64,000 nt of DNA from Eubacteriales bacterium (GCA_034086705.1 JAXDZV010000030.1:14209-78208), one strand, 5' to 3'. Numbered from the stretch's first letter, positions 1 to 11,594 are shown. Program-made: numbers and translations. The notes: generated from the sequence alone by a model not told the origin.

Positions 1-62
1 ACACTATGCCGGAAACGCACATATCCTGCTGTATGCACGGCAAACCTGAAAGGAGCGGCAGC

Positions 63-1073
63 ATGGAATTTCTCATTACACACCAAGAAGACGGACATAC
101 TGTTAAGCAATTCATATATGAAACGCTCAACCTTTCCACACGTCTGCTCAAGCGCTTAAAATACCGCTGCAACGGTCAAGGCATTACCGTAAACGGAGCG
201 CCGGTCAACGTCCTCCATGTGTTACGCCAGGGGGAACTGCTACGCCTTTCACTGGAAGATCAGAACAGCTCCGCCGGCATTGTTCCAAACGGAACAATGC
301 CGCCGGTTTTGTATGAAGACGATGATTTGCTCATTTTGAACAAGCCGCCGTATATGCCGACACATCCAACGCACGGGCATCTGTGTGACACCGCTGCAAA
401 TGCCGTTGCCGCATATTACGCCGCAAAGGGGATTCCGTTTGTTTTTCGATGCGGCAGCAGGTTGGACCGCGACACCAGCGGTGTACTGCCGATTGCCAAA
501 AATCAGCAAACCGCAAGCTGGTTTTATCGCTGTCATACCAACGGAACGATGCAAAAATACTATCTTGCACTGCTGGGAGGTGCTCTGCTTCCCCCGGCCG
601 GTAGAATCAATTTGCCGATTGCACGCCAGAATGATAGCGTCATCATGCGTGCTGCCGTACCGGGCGGTGCACCGGCTGCAACTGCCTATCAAACTCTGTG
701 GCATGCCCCAGCACCAACGCCGCTTCTGAGCGCGGTTCTTGCCATTCCATATACCGGGCGAACGCACCAACTGCGCGTGCACTTTGCTGCCTGTGGTTGT
801 CCGATTATCGGCGATAGTCTGTATGGTACGGCAAACGGCAAAATAACACGCCAAGCACTGCATGCTGTTGCGTTGCGCTTTCCACACCCCCGTACACATC
901 AACCGTTTTCAGTATTCGCCCCCATCCCTGCGGACATAATAGCCCTGCTAAAGCAACACAACGCAGACGTACAAGCAATACAGACTTGCTGCCAAAATGC
1001 CTTGAAAGGAGAACTTCAGATATGGGAAAATTCTTCAGACAACTGCGTAGGCACTGCGGCACCTATGCCCTGA
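63..1073 (+). CDS. RluA/RluD-family rRNA pseudouridine synthase
   Basis: ORF 6..1073. It has an S4-like N-terminus, the catalytic Asp motif GSRLDRDTSGV and the TGRTHQLRVH motif. The start is placed at the internal ATG (MEFLITHQ) and is uncertain. Confidence 0.85.
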   Translation: MEFLITHQEDGHTVKQFIYETLNLSTRLLKRLKYRCNGQGITVNGAPVNVLHVLRQGELLRLSLEDQNSSAGIVPNGTMPPVLYEDDDLLILNKPPYMPTHPTHGHLCDTAANAVAAYYAAKGIPFVFRCGSRLDRDTSGVLPIAKNQQTASWFYRCHTNGTMQKYYLALLGGALLPPAGRINLPIARQNDSVIMRAAVPGGAPAATAYQTLWHAPAPTPLLSAVLAIPYTGRTHQLRVHFAACGCPIIGDSLYGTANGKITRQALHAVALRFPHPRTHQPFSVFAPIPADIIALLKQHNADVQAIQTCCQNALKGELQIWENSSDNCVGTAAPMP

Positions 1074-2137
1074 TTTGTGTGGGCATTTTTTTGCTTGCAG
1101 CCATTCTGCTGACTGCAGCGCTTTGCAGCACCGCGTTTGCTGATTTTTACACACAGCATATCAGCAGCCGCATCAACGCGATACTTGCGCTGTGCAATGC
1201 ACCTTTTCCCTGTTCGCTTGCCGAATGTTTGCTGCTGTGTGCAGGTGTAATTTTATTTGTATTGATCTGCGCCGCGGTTTGTGCAACCCGCCGTGGCAGA
1301 CTGTGTGCACAGCGCTTTCTGTGCGGCATTCTCGCCACTTGCCTGTTGCTGCTGAGTGCATTTGTTCTCTGCTACGGCATTGCCTACCACTGCTCTCCCC
1401 TTGCAGACAAACTTAACCTTTGCCAACAACCTGTGAGTGCTGCGCAGCTATCTGCATGCGCAACGTGGCTTGCAGAAAAAACCAATGCGGCTGCCGCACA
1501 GCTTACGTATGATACAAACGGCTTCTCCGTGATGCCGTATCGCTTGGAAACGTTGAATGTAAAATTACGCGAAGCATTTGGCAGGGCAAGCACCCAATAC
1601 CCCTTTCTCCCCGTGTTTTTTGCAAACGCAAAACCTGTTATCCTCAGCGAACCTTGGACCTATACACACACGGCCGGTATTTTCACGTTTTTTACAGGGG
1701 AAACCAATCTCAATGTAAACTTACCAGACTATACCATACCCTTTACCGCAGCCCATGAATTTTCGCATCAACGCGGTATTGCACCGGAAAATGAGGCAAA
1801 CTTCATGGCATTTCTTGTACTTTCTCAAGCGCAAGATCCGTATTTGCAATACAGTGCATACCTCAACGCTTTTTCCTATTTTTCCACACCGCTGTACCGA
1901 GCAGACCCCGACATGTATCAAACAGTACTAAGCACGTTATTGCCGGCTGTGCGCAATGAGCTGCACGCATACAATCACTTTTTTGAAAAATACAGTAACA
2001 GTACGGCAGCGCGCGTTTCCGATGCGGTCAATTCTGCATATCTGCAAAGTCAAGGGCAAACACAGGGCACTCGCAGTTATGGATTGGTTGTGGATTTGCT
2101 GGTGGCGTATTACCAGGCGTTATCTTACCTGCAATAA
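1022..2137 (+). CDS. DUF3810-like membrane protein (putative zinc-metalloprotease-like, HExxH-type motif AAHEFSHQRG)
   Basis: ORF 986..2137. It has N-terminal TM helices, a HEFSH motif and the overall DUF3810 pattern. ATG 1022 overlaps the upstream gene by 52 nt; GTG 1079 is an alternative start. Confidence 0.6.
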   Translation: MGKFFRQLRRHCGTYALICVGIFLLAAILLTAALCSTAFADFYTQHISSRINAILALCNAPFPCSLAECLLLCAGVILFVLICAAVCATRRGRLCAQRFLCGILATCLLLLSAFVLCYGIAYHCSPLADKLNLCQQPVSAAQLSACATWLAEKTNAAAAQLTYDTNGFSVMPYRLETLNVKLREAFGRASTQYPFLPVFFANAKPVILSEPWTYTHTAGIFTFFTGETNLNVNLPDYTIPFTAAHEFSHQRGIAPENEANFMAFLVLSQAQDPYLQYSAYLNAFSYFSTPLYRADPDMYQTVLSTLLPAVRNELHAYNHFFEKYSNSTAARVSDAVNSAYLQSQGQTQGTRSYGLVVDLLVAYYQALSYLQ

Positions 2138-2200
2138 GCGCATAGACGGTCTGGCGGATCTGCCGTTCTTACTCCACGCTGTTATAAAACCAAATCTTCA

Positions 2201-2234
2201 ATGTCCGTACAACGTCTGTACGGACATTTTTTTG
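2201..2234 (+). terminator. Rho-independent terminator after the DUF3810 gene
   Basis: An 11-bp perfect stem (atgtccgtaca / tgtacggacat) with a 5-nt loop, followed by a T7 run. Confidence 0.75.
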
Positions 2235-2322
2235 TCGGCAATATACCTAAAGTCAGTACGAATTTCACCCACCGCCGAGTTTTGCATCTTTCTTTCTTTT
2301 TCGGAAAAGAGGTCATTTTCCC

Positions 2323-2351
2323 TTGCATTGCCGTAGCCTTTATGCTACAAT
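2323..2351 (+). promoter_or_regulatory. Sigma-A-type promoter of the glg operon
   Basis: TTGCAT, 17-nt spacer, TACAAT with an upstream TGn (extended -10), about 60 nt before the glgB ATG. Confidence 0.5.
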
Positions 2352-2413
2352 AAATGCAGTGAAAAATTATTGTTTTTGCATAATTTGCGTCAGCGTTCGC
2401 GGAGGACTTCACA

Positions 2414-4369
2414 ATGCCAACAACGTCGATTTCTCCCCGTCAGCAAGATGCCCTGCCGGCTTATCTGTTTCACCAGGGCACCAATTTTCATGCATATGAT
2501 TTTCTTGGCGTTCATGCCATTTGCCGTGCAGACGGGAAGACCGAATATACCTTCCGCACTTGGGCGCCACAGGCAGAACACGTTGAGGTTACCGGCGATT
2601 TTAATGCGTGGCGTGCCGATTTTTCAATGGAGCGAGAAAGCGCCGAGGGGCTCTTTGTTTACCGATGTATCACCGAGGACAGCTTTGAGGGTATGCGATA
2701 CAAGTACCGCATAACCGGGAAAAACGGTATCCGTCTCAAAGCAGACCCATACGGCGTCTTTGCGGAATGCCGAGAAAAAACCGCTTCCATTGTTCATACA
2801 GCGCAGACATATACCTTTCATGACCGTGCATGGATGCGGCAGCGTCGCCGTCTGCTTGGAAATAAACGTACAGGGTATTTTCCGTTGCCGCTGAATATCT
2901 ATGAAATGCACCTTGGTTCCTGGCGCACGCGAGACGGCCGCTGTACCCGCGCGGGTGATGCATACCTGAATTATAGGGAAATTGCCGAACAACTTGCTCC
3001 ATACTGCAAAGAAATGGGCTACACACATGTGGAGTTTTTACCGATCATGGAGCACCCGTTTGACGGATCTTGGGGGTATCAGGTCGGTTCTTATTATGCG
3101 CCCACGTCACGCTTTGGCACACCGGAAGATTTTAAATTTTTGATTGATTACTTACATCAGTGCGGCATTGGTGTCATATTAGACTGGGTCCCCGCGCACT
3201 TTCCCAAAGATGCACACGGTCTGTTTGAATTTGACGGCTCGCCGCTTTACGAATATCAGGGTGCAGATCGCCGCGAACATGCCGTGTGGGGAACAAGAAT
3301 GTTTGACGTGGGCCGAAATGAGGTTCAGTGTTTTCTGATTTCCAACGCGTTGTTTTGGCTGCGTGAATATCACGCGGACGGCATCCGTGTGGACGCCGTT
3401 GCCGCCATGCTCTACCTTGATTTTGACAAAAAACCGGGTGAATGGGTTCCAAACGAAGACGGCTCTAATATCAACCGGCAAGCTGTTGCCTTTTTTCAAC
3501 GTCTAAACAGCGCTGTTGGCGCAGAGTTTCCGGATGCTTTAATGATTGCGGAGGAATCCGGCGACTGGCCGGGTCTGACGAGTCCCGTTTCCTCCGGCGG
3601 CCTGGGCTTCCATTTTAAGTGGAACATGGGATGGGCCCACGATATCTACGACTACATTGCCACTGACCCCATCTACCGAAAACACAAACATGCAGCACTG
3701 ACTTTCCCGTTGCTATATGCCTTTGGAGAAAATTATATTCTGCCTGTCTCACATGACGAAGTTGTGCACGGAAAAGCCTCTCTTTTGGGAAAAATGTGGG
3801 GTGACTATGCGCAAAAATTCGCATCACTGCGCGCTTTCCTTTGCTATATGATGACGCAGCCCGGCAAAAAAATGCTGTTCATGGGGTGCGAATATGCACC
3901 ATTTCGGGAATGGGATTATGAAAACGAATTGGAATGGTTTATGCTGGATTTTCCGGCACATCGCATGCAGCGCCTGTTCACTGCGGAACTGAACCACTTT
4001 TATCTTGCACACCGTGCCCTGTGGGAAAAAGATATGAGCTGGGACGGCTTTGCATGGATTGCTGCAGATCAGGCAGATACGAACACCATCTCCTATCGCC
4101 GCATGGGAAGCGGCGGCGCGCAGCTTTTCATTGCCGTCAATTTTTCACCGTGCACACGAAAAAACTATTCCATGCAAGTTCCCCTTACAAAAACTTTGCG
4201 TTTTGTATTGCATACGGATGACCTGCGGTATGGTGGAAAAACAGATCTCTCGACACTCCCCGCTCTAACGCCGCGGCGACACGGGCGACAATATTTTGTG
4301 GAATTTGACCTGCCGGGTTTTTCTGCCGTCATTTTAGAGGTACAGCCTCCTGTGATTCCAGCGCCTTAA
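2414..4369 (+). CDS. glgB: 1,4-alpha-glucan branching enzyme
   Basis: 651 aa. GH13 branching-enzyme motifs are present ([42 protein letters not shown]). An RBS (ggagga) precedes the ATG. Confidence 0.95.
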   Translation: MPTTSISPRQQDALPAYLFHQGTNFHAYDFLGVHAICRADGKTEYTFRTWAPQAEHVEVTGDFNAWRADFSMERESAEGLFVYRCITEDSFEGMRYKYRITGKNGIRLKADPYGVFAECREKTASIVHTAQTYTFHDRAWMRQRRRLLGNKRTGYFPLPLNIYEMHLGSWRTRDGRCTRAGDAYLNYREIAEQLAPYCKEMGYTHVEFLPIMEHPFDGSWGYQVGSYYAPTSRFGTPEDFKFLIDYLHQCGIGVILDWVPAHFPKDAHGLFEFDGSPLYEYQGADRREHAVWGTRMFDVGRNEVQCFLISNALFWLREYHADGIRVDAVAAMLYLDFDKKPGEWVPNEDGSNINRQAVAFFQRLNSAVGAEFPDALMIAEESGDWPGLTSPVSSGGLGFHFKWNMGWAHDIYDYIATDPIYRKHKHAALTFPLLYAFGENYILPVSHDEVVHGKASLLGKMWGDYAQKFASLRAFLCYMMTQPGKKMLFMGCEYAPFREWDYENELEWFMLDFPAHRMQRLFTAELNHFYLAHRALWEKDMSWDGFAWIAADQADTNTISYRRMGSGGAQLFIAVNFSPCTRKNYSMQVPLTKTLRFVLHTDDLRYGGKTDLSTLPALTPRRHGRQYFVEFDLPGFSAVILEVQPPVIPAP

Positions 4370-4434
4370 ATGCTTGCTTTGTTCTGCGGCAAGATGCCGT
4401 TTGCCCAAGTTTTATACGGAAAGGAAGAGGAGCC

Positions 4435-5652
4435 ATGAATCTCAAAAAGAAGTGTATTGCCATGCTGCTTGCCGGTGGACAGGGGAGTCGCTTATACACC
4501 CTGACCGAAAAGACGGCAAAGCCTGCCGTTCCCTTCGGCGGCAAATACCGTATCATTGATTTTCCGCTTTCCAACTGCATCAATTCCGGCATTGACACCG
4601 TTGGTGTTTTGACACAATATCAACCGCTGGCGCTGAACGACTATATTGGGAACGGACAGCCCTGGGATTTAGATCGAAATTTCGGCGGGGTTATGCTACT
4701 GCCCCCATATCAGCGACAAAACAAAGCAGACTGGTATTCCGGAACAGCGAATGCCATTTACCAGAACCTTAATTTTATCGACCGATACGACCCGGACTAT
4801 GTCTTAATTCTCTCGGGCGACCATATCTATAAAATGGATTATGCTGAAATGCTGCGCGCGCATGAGAAAAGCGGTGCAGATTGCACCATTGCCGTCATTG
4901 AAGTGCCCCTGGAACAGGCAAGCAGATTTGGCATTATGAGCACAGATGCCTCCGGCCGCATCATCGAATTTGCAGAAAAGCCAAAGATTCCGAAAAGCAA
5001 TCAGGCATCTATGGGCATTTATATATTTAACACCGCTATACTCCGGCAATATCTCATCGAAGATGAAGCAGATGCAAACAGCTCTAATGATTTTGGCAAA
5101 AATATTATTCCAAAAATGTTGCAAGACGGCAAAGCCATGTATGCCTATGCTTTCGATGGTTATTGGAAAGATGTCGGCACGATCGGCTCCCTTTGGCAGG
5201 CAAATATGGATCTGCTCGGGCCAAACCCTGCGTTCAGCCTGTACGATAAAAACGCCAAAATTTATTCCCGCCACTCTGCTTCCCCCGCACAGTATATAGG
5301 TGGTGAAGCTAAAATCAACAACTCCCTGATTACGGAAGGGTGCAACATCAATGGCACCGTAAAGAACTCAGTTTTATTTGTGGATGTTGTTGTAGAGGCA
5401 GGGGCTGTTGTCGAAGACAGTGTAATTATGGGCGGCTCCATCGTTCGCAGCGGAGCATATATCAGCCATGCCATTGTTGATAGTGATACAGAAATCTCCG
5501 GCGGTTGTACCATCGGTGCCGCCAAAACAGACGAAAATGGTATCTGCGTCATCGGCACCGGTCTCACGCTACCCAGCGGCTGCACTGTTCCCCCCGGAGC
5601 ACTTGTAAATGCCGCTTGGCTGAAAACGCATCAGGGAGGTATGCAATTATGA
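4435..5652 (+). CDS. glgC: Glucose-1-phosphate adenylyltransferase
   Basis: 405 aa. Motifs [33 protein letters not shown] and [10 protein letters not shown], plus a C-terminal left-handed beta-helix region. An RBS (gaggag) is present. Confidence 0.95.
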   Translation: MNLKKKCIAMLLAGGQGSRLYTLTEKTAKPAVPFGGKYRIIDFPLSNCINSGIDTVGVLTQYQPLALNDYIGNGQPWDLDRNFGGVMLLPPYQRQNKADWYSGTANAIYQNLNFIDRYDPDYVLILSGDHIYKMDYAEMLRAHEKSGADCTIAVIEVPLEQASRFGIMSTDASGRIIEFAEKPKIPKSNQASMGIYIFNTAILRQYLIEDEADANSSNDFGKNIIPKMLQDGKAMYAYAFDGYWKDVGTIGSLWQANMDLLGPNPAFSLYDKNAKIYSRHSASPAQYIGGEAKINNSLITEGCNINGTVKNSVLFVDVVVEAGAVVEDSVIMGGSIVRSGAYISHAIVDSDTEISGGCTIGAAKTDENGICVIGTGLTLPSGCTVPPGALVNAAWLKTHQGGMQL

Positions 5653-6779
5653 GCGCTGTTGGTATCATTTTTGCAAATCTGCATGAACGAAACATTCCTG
5701 AACTGACACGGAGCCGTGCAATGGCTTCAGTTCCCTTCGGCGGTAGATACCGCTTGATTGATTTTCCTTTGGCTTATATGGTAAATGCGGGAATTACAGA
5801 TATCCGTGTCATTACACATTCGCACTATTCCTCCCTAATGGACCACATCGGCTCCGGAAAAGACTGGGATCTGGCACGGCGCTCGGGAGGCATCAAGCTT
5901 CTCCCTCCCTATATCAACGAGCAGGCCGCAACAGATCCTGCGCCGCTCTCCCGGCTGCAATCATTGAAAAATATCAGTATCGCTCTGGACCGGCTGCAAT
6001 CCGATTTTGTTGTACTGTCTGATTGCGATGCAATTTGCAACCCAGATATTGACGCATTGCTCCAACAGCATGCACAAAGCGGCGCCCAAATTACGATGCT
6101 GGTCCGCCGCACTGTCTTTTCGGGTGCTGTACACGAGAAAATATCCGTCGTTGATTTCGACAAGAACGGACGTATTACCGGCGTTTTGGTAAATCCCATC
6201 TATATGGAAGGAGAGCGGTATCGCGATTTAAACATTTGGGTTGTCAACACTCCGTTTTTGCAACACATCGTGCGTGAAGCCATTGCACGCGGTTATACCA
6301 GTCTCAATCGAGATATTCTTGCCCGGTATTGTGACAGATACGACTTTCGTGCAATCGAATTCGGTGGTTTTTTTGCCTGCATCACGTCTTTTTCCGATTA
6401 TTTCATGCACAGTATGGAGCTGCTTGAAAATCATACAGCCCGGCAAGCGCTCTTCGGCATCAAAGATCGCCCAATCTATACAAAGCTGCATAATACTGCG
6501 CCTGCCTACTATGCCCCGGAAGCAATTGTGAAAAATTCCATCATTGCAGACGGCTGTCAAATTGAGGGGGTAGTGGAAAACTCTGTGCTGTTCCGCGGGG
6601 TGCAAGTCGGACCAGAAAGTGTGGTACGCAACTGCGTGCTCTTTCAAAATACAATTGTTGACCGGGAGTGCTTTTTAAACTGCATCGTATCGGATAAAAA
6701 CGCAGTCATCGAGAAAGAACAGCTACTGGCCGGCCATCCTTCTTTGCCGTATTTTATAGACAAAGGCCGCGTGATATAA
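5649..6779 (+). CDS. glgD: Glucose-1-phosphate adenylyltransferase regulatory subunit GlgD
   Basis: A GlgC paralogue ([16 protein letters not shown]) lacking the GGxGxRL motif. The start ATG overlaps the glgC stop (ATGA). The position matches the Bacillus glgBCDAP order. Confidence 0.85.
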   Translation: MSAVGIIFANLHERNIPELTRSRAMASVPFGGRYRLIDFPLAYMVNAGITDIRVITHSHYSSLMDHIGSGKDWDLARRSGGIKLLPPYINEQAATDPAPLSRLQSLKNISIALDRLQSDFVVLSDCDAICNPDIDALLQQHAQSGAQITMLVRRTVFSGAVHEKISVVDFDKNGRITGVLVNPIYMEGERYRDLNIWVVNTPFLQHIVREAIARGYTSLNRDILARYCDRYDFRAIEFGGFFACITSFSDYFMHSMELLENHTARQALFGIKDRPIYTKLHNTAPAYYAPEAIVKNSIIADGCQIEGVVENSVLFRGVQVGPESVVRNCVLFQNTIVDRECFLNCIVSDKNAVIEKEQLLAGHPSLPYFIDKGRVI

Positions 6780-6814
6780 TAAATAAAAAGCAGCGAAAAC
6801 GGGGGATTTGTTTG

Positions 6815-8263
6815 ATGAAAGTTTTATTGATTGGCTCAGAAGCCGTTCCGTTTGCTTCCACCGGTGGGCTTGGCGATGTTATGGGTTCTCTGCCCGCTGC
6901 ACTCAAAGCAGAACAACCGGATACGCTGGATATACGGGTAATTCTGCCTTTGTATAGCAGTATGCGCCACGAATATCGCGAAAAGCTCACTCGTGTGTGT
7001 GAACTGGTTGTTCCACTGGCCTGGAGACAGCAATATTGCGGCGTTTTCATGCTGGAGGAAAAGGGTGTCGTTTACTATTTTCTGGATAATGAATACTATT
7101 TTAAACGCGCCATGATTTACGGCAACTACGACGATGGTGAGCGCTATGCCTTTTTTTGCCGTGCGATTCCGGAAGTTATGCATGCCATTTCGTTTTATCC
7201 GGATATTCTCCACGCCAACGACTGGCAAAGCGCACTGTCTGTTGTTTATTTACGCACAAAATTCCGTAATGATCCTGCATTTTGGAACACGCGCACCATC
7301 TATACCATCCACAATATTGAGTATCAGGGAAAATACGGACATGAGATTCTCTGGGATGTTTTTGATTTGCCGCAGCAGGACCATTCTTTATTGGATTATG
7401 ACGGCTGCATCAACCTTACCAAAGCCGCTATTGTCTGCTGCGATCGGCTGACCACAGTTAGCCCGCACTATGCTAAAGAAATTCAAGAACCCTATTTTGC
7501 CCACGGGCTGGAACATATCATCCGTCAAAATGCACACAAAATCAGCGGCATTCTCAACGGGATAGACACAGCATATTACGATCCTTCCAACCCCGCTGAT
7601 GTTCTTTTTCCTTTCAACATGCAAACAGTATCCCGTTGCAAACCGCAAAACAAGCTCGCTCTACAGCAACTGCTGGGATTACCGGAAGCAGCCGATGTTC
7701 CCATGATTGCCATGATTACAAGGTTGACTGCGCATAAAGGCCTGGACTTGGTAAAAGCCGTCTTAGAGCAAATACTCTCCGGTACAGTGCAATTTGTGCT
7801 GCTTGGCACGGGAGATAGCTCCTTCGAATCTTTTTTTGCCGACACTGCACGGCGACATCCCGATAAAGTTGCAGCCGTATTGCGCTTTGATAAAGCATTA
7901 TCCAAACAGATTTACGCAGCGGCGGATCTGTTTTTGATGCCATCCCGCAGTGAACCCTGCGGGCTTTCACAGATGATCGCATCCCGCTACGGCACGGTTC
8001 CGATCGTGCACCAGGTAGGCGGACTGGCCGATACCATTCACCCTTTTCAGCCGCAAACACAGAAAGGAAACGGCATCACTTTTTACGGGTATGACGCATA
8101 TGACATGCTGGACGCAGTGATGCGCGGAATCCATTTGTATGAGCAGACACCTGCAGATTTTCGCACCCTGCGTAAAAACGCCATGGAGCAGGATTTCTCC
8201 TGGACCTCTTCTGCAAAACAGTACCTTGCACTCTATCACACACTGTGCGGGCAAACAGCATAA
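6815..8263 (+). CDS. glgA: Glycogen synthase (ADP-glucose type)
   Basis: Motifs KVLLIGSEAVPFASTGGLGDV, NDWQSAL and PSRSEPCGLSQM. The ATG lies 3 nt after the TTG used by the ORF track. Confidence 0.95.
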   Translation: MKVLLIGSEAVPFASTGGLGDVMGSLPAALKAEQPDTLDIRVILPLYSSMRHEYREKLTRVCELVVPLAWRQQYCGVFMLEEKGVVYYFLDNEYYFKRAMIYGNYDDGERYAFFCRAIPEVMHAISFYPDILHANDWQSALSVVYLRTKFRNDPAFWNTRTIYTIHNIEYQGKYGHEILWDVFDLPQQDHSLLDYDGCINLTKAAIVCCDRLTTVSPHYAKEIQEPYFAHGLEHIIRQNAHKISGILNGIDTAYYDPSNPADVLFPFNMQTVSRCKPQNKLALQQLLGLPEAADVPMIAMITRLTAHKGLDLVKAVLEQILSGTVQFVLLGTGDSSFESFFADTARRHPDKVAAVLRFDKALSKQIYAAADLFLMPSRSEPCGLSQMIASRYGTVPIVHQVGGLADTIHPFQPQTQKGNGITFYGYDAYDMLDAVMRGIHLYEQTPADFRTLRKNAMEQDFSWTSSAKQYLALYHTLCGQTA

Positions 8264-8316
8264 AGACTTATTTTTCAAGAGAAAGTTGGCAATATAGCAT
8301 GCATAAAGGAAAAGAA

Positions 8317-10773
8317 ATGGAAAACGATACACAAACCATACAGAAAAAATCTTCCAGAGAACTGCTGCGACAAAGCATCGAAGGAAAACTCGCCCGCTAT
8401 TTCAGCGTGACGCCGCAGGAAGCCAATTGCGATATGATCTACCGTGCGGTTGCTATGACCGTGAAAGATATTTTAAGTCAAAAACGAACAGATAACAAAA
8501 AATTGATGCGTACGCAAAAACCAAAACGCATTTATTATTTATGTATGGAATTTCTGGTTGGAAAGACTTTGCGTAACAATTTGCGCAATCTTGGTCTATA
8601 TGATACCATGGAATCTCTTTTATGGGAAATGGGATATCCTATCTCTTCCATTTTGGAGCGAGAACCGGATCCTGGTTTAGGCAACGGGGGGCTCGGTCGT
8701 TTAGCTGCCTGCTATATGGATGCCCTTACCACGCAAAATTTCGCTGCAACCGGATATTCCCTGTTATACGAATACGGTTTGTTTCGGCAACGAATCATCG
8801 ATGGTGAGCAAATCGAGTTCCCGGATGACTGGCTTCCGCAGGGAGAGGTTAATCTCGTTCCGCGCCCTGATAAAGCCTGCACGGTTCGTTTCGGCGGACA
8901 TATTCACGAGCAATGGCATGACGGAAAGTTGGATATTATTACAGAGGGCGCCGAAGAAATCCGCGCCGTCCCATACGATCTTATGATTTCCGGTGCGGAC
9001 TGCAGCACAGTCAACGTGCTGCGGCTATGGCGGGCACGTAGTGAAAGCAACTTCAATATGAATCTGTTTTCACAGGGAGAATACGTGCGCGCCATGGAAC
9101 AAAGCAACAATGCGGAAGTGCTTTCAAAGGTTCTTTATCCGGCAGACAATCACACAGAAGGGAAATTGTTACGCCTCTCACAACAGTATTTTTTGGTTTG
9201 CGCCTCTTTGCAAACCATTATAAACGACCATTTGGCACAATTCGGCACGCTGGACAATTTTGCAGAGCAAGTAGCAATTCACATCAATGATACCCACCCT
9301 GCCCTTGTCATTCCAGAACTGATGCGCATTTTAGTGGATGTATATTCCTATCCGTGGGAAAACGCATGGAGTATTGTTCAACGCACAGTCAGCTATACCA
9401 ATCATACTGTAATGCCAGAAGCTTTGGAATGCTGGAACGAAGACCTTTTTGGTCTGCGTCTGCCACGCATCCATTCTATCGTAAAAGAAATCAACCGCCG
9501 CTTCTGCGCAGATCTTTGGCAGGCTTATCCCGGGGATTGGGACCGTATCTCCCGTATGTCCGTAATTTGTAACGGTAATGTGCGTATGGCAAATTTGAGC
9601 GTAATCGGTTCGGGACATGTCAACGGCGTTTCCGCCTTGCACTCTGAAATTTTGAAGAAAACCATTTTTCATGATTTTGACAAATACTTTCCGGGAAAAT
9701 TCACCAACGTTACAAATGGTATCGCACATCGCCGCTGGCTGTGCTATTCCAATACGGCACTTGCCGATCTTTTAGACGAATGTATCGGCCCAGCCTATCG
9801 GAAAGACCCGCAAAGATTGCAAGATTTCGCCAAATTTCAAACGGACGCCTCTGTTTTGGATCGTTTGGCAGCCATCAAACGGCAAAACAAAGAAAATTTC
9901 GCCTGTGTTCTTGCCGCACGCGGTATTGTGGTGGATCCCTCTTCTATTTTCGATGTGCAAATTAAGCGCATGCACGAATACAAACGGCAACTGCTGAATG
10001 CTTTGCGTATTGTTACACTGTATCTGCGCCTACAGGACAACCCTAATCTTGATATCCCGCCGCAAACTTTTATTTTCGGTGCAAAAGCTGCTCCCGGCTA
10101 CCAGCTTGCCAAGCAAACCATCCATCTAATCTGCGCCATCGGTAAGCAAATCGAACAAGAACCGCGCATTGCCGAGAAGCTGCGTGTTGTTTTTCCGGAG
10201 GAATACAATGTGACGCTGGCTGAGCAACTGATTCCCGCTGCAGACATATCTGAGCAAATTTCTCTGGCGGGCAAAGAAGCCAGCGGCACCGGCTGTATGA
10301 AGCTCATGCTCAACGGGGCATTGACCATCGGTACACTGGACGGCGCCAACGTGGAAATTTTAGAGGCTGTCGGCAAAGATAACATGTATCTCTTTGGGCT
10401 AAACACCGAAGAGGTCGACGAGTTGTGGAAACGCGGATATAACGCCGCCTCCTATTATGTCAACAGCCAGCTGCTGCATCGGACAGTGGATCGTTTAGCA
10501 GAAGGCTTTGACGGGGTCTCCTTCCGCTCTTTTGTAGAATATTTAATCATCGGCCCCGGTATCCCGGATCCGTATATGTGCCTGGCTGATTTTGACTCCT
10601 ATTATCGTGTGCATGAGCAGATGGTCGACGACTATGTCCGCTCTCCGCGTGCGTGGCAAAGGAAATCCCTATTGAATATTGCGGGAGCGGGCCGCTTTGC
10701 AGCGGACCGAGCAATTGGCGAATATGCGCAAAAAATTTGGCATGCTGAGCCTCTCAGCTTCGGTAAATCATAA
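8317..10773 (+). CDS. glgP: Glycogen/maltodextrin phosphorylase
   Basis: GT35 motifs are present (EPDPGLGNGGLGRLAAC, NDTHPAL, EASGTGCMKLMLNGALTIGTLDGANVE with the PLP lysine). The start is chosen at the ATG after the aaagga RBS; 8299 is also possible. Confidence 0.9.
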   Translation: MENDTQTIQKKSSRELLRQSIEGKLARYFSVTPQEANCDMIYRAVAMTVKDILSQKRTDNKKLMRTQKPKRIYYLCMEFLVGKTLRNNLRNLGLYDTMESLLWEMGYPISSILEREPDPGLGNGGLGRLAACYMDALTTQNFAATGYSLLYEYGLFRQRIIDGEQIEFPDDWLPQGEVNLVPRPDKACTVRFGGHIHEQWHDGKLDIITEGAEEIRAVPYDLMISGADCSTVNVLRLWRARSESNFNMNLFSQGEYVRAMEQSNNAEVLSKVLYPADNHTEGKLLRLSQQYFLVCASLQTIINDHLAQFGTLDNFAEQVAIHINDTHPALVIPELMRILVDVYSYPWENAWSIVQRTVSYTNHTVMPEALECWNEDLFGLRLPRIHSIVKEINRRFCADLWQAYPGDWDRISRMSVICNGNVRMANLSVIGSGHVNGVSALHSEILKKTIFHDFDKYFPGKFTNVTNGIAHRRWLCYSNTALADLLDECIGPAYRKDPQRLQDFAKFQTDASVLDRLAAIKRQNKENFACVLAARGIVVDPSSIFDVQIKRMHEYKRQLLNALRIVTLYLRLQDNPNLDIPPQTFIFGAKAAPGYQLAKQTIHLICAIGKQIEQEPRIAEKLRVVFPEEYNVTLAEQLIPAADISEQISLAGKEASGTGCMKLMLNGALTIGTLDGANVEILEAVGKDNMYLFGLNTEEVDELWKRGYNAASYYVNSQLLHRTVDRLAEGFDGVSFRSFVEYLIIGPGIPDPYMCLADFDSYYRVHEQMVDDYVRSPRAWQRKSLLNIAGAGRFAADRAIGEYAQKIWHAEPLSFGKS

Positions 10774-10820
10774 AATAAAGGAGGTTGCCGCATCGCATAA
10801 CAGGCATCGCGGCACAATAT

Positions 10821-11507
10821 ATGAAACTTGGCGGACTGATGAAAATGACACTGCTGGATTTTCCCGGCAAAGTTGCCTGTACGGTTTTTACGCTTGGGTG
10901 TAACTGGCGTTGCCCATTTTGTCATAATGCGCAGCTTGCAAAAGGGCACGGCGATCCGCTGGACAGTGCAGATCTTCTGGCCTTTCTAAAGAAACGGCAG
11001 GGAATTTTAGACGGTGTTGCAATCACAGGCGGTGAACCGACGCTGTGGCCGGAACTGCCAGAGCTGATCACACAAATCCGTATGCTCGGGTATGCGATTA
11101 AGTTAGATACCAATGGCACCAATCCCACAATGCTTCGTAGCTTATGTGAAACGGGGCAGCTAGACATGGTTGCCATGGATATTAAAAACGCTCCGGCAGA
11201 CTATGGACGAACCTGCGGCGTACAAGATTGTTCTTTTGCAGCTGTACAGCAAAGTGCAGATTATCTCATGCATACCAAAATTCCCTTTGAGTTCCGTACA
11301 ACCGTTGTCAAAGGGTTGCATACGGAAGCCTCTTTTCACGCGATCGGTGCATGGTTGGCAGGCCCATACCCCTATTATTTGCAGGCATTTTCGGACACAG
11401 GAGAGCTGATGCAGCCAGGTATGCAGGGTGTTTCCAAAGCAGAAATGCAGCGTTTTTTGGCAATTGCACAAACTTATTTACCACATGCAGAAATACGCGG
11501 AGAGTAA
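10821..11507 (+). CDS. nrdG: Anaerobic ribonucleoside-triphosphate reductase activating protein (radical SAM)
   Basis: MKLGGL.MTLLDFPGKVACTVFTLGCNWRCPFCHN (CxxxCxxC) and GVAITGGEPTL. The start is chosen by similarity to clostridial NrdG N-termini and is uncertain by about 20 nt. Confidence 0.85.
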   Translation: MKLGGLMKMTLLDFPGKVACTVFTLGCNWRCPFCHNAQLAKGHGDPLDSADLLAFLKKRQGILDGVAITGGEPTLWPELPELITQIRMLGYAIKLDTNGTNPTMLRSLCETGQLDMVAMDIKNAPADYGRTCGVQDCSFAAVQQSADYLMHTKIPFEFRTTVVKGLHTEASFHAIGAWLAGPYPYYLQAFSDTGELMQPGMQGVSKAEMQRFLAIAQTYLPHAEIRGE

Positions 11508-11551
11508 CTATATATTGTGGTTTTTATTTAATTTTCAAAAAAACAACCCAA
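11505..11551 (+). promoter_or_regulatory. Two candidate NrdR boxes
   Basis: taaCTATATATTGTGg (11505-11520; 13 of 16 matches to the remembered consensus acaCwAtATaTwGtgt) and acccAATATcTTGaca (11536-11551; 11 of 16). The centres are 31 bp apart, and the second box overlaps the -35. Confidence 0.5.
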
Positions 11552-11574
11552 TATCTTGACAATATTATCGTTCT
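11546..11574 (+). promoter_or_regulatory. Sigma-A-type promoter upstream of nrdD
   Basis: TTGACA, 17-nt spacer, TATACT with an upstream TGc (extended -10). Confidence 0.55.
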
Positions 11575-11594
11575 ATGCTATACTCAATTTCAGA

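Noticed and set aside
5505-5648. N-terminal extensions of track ORFs, including glgD 5505, atpD to 19457, HAD to 40549, DUF3048 from 26524, DUF4037 from 29649, U32 to 35856, tcdA to 58360 and rrf2 from 58302.
   Set aside because: The extensions overlap upstream genes or mapped promoters and lack RBSs. They translate to basic, Cys-rich junk. Internal starts with good RBSs match the family N-termini.
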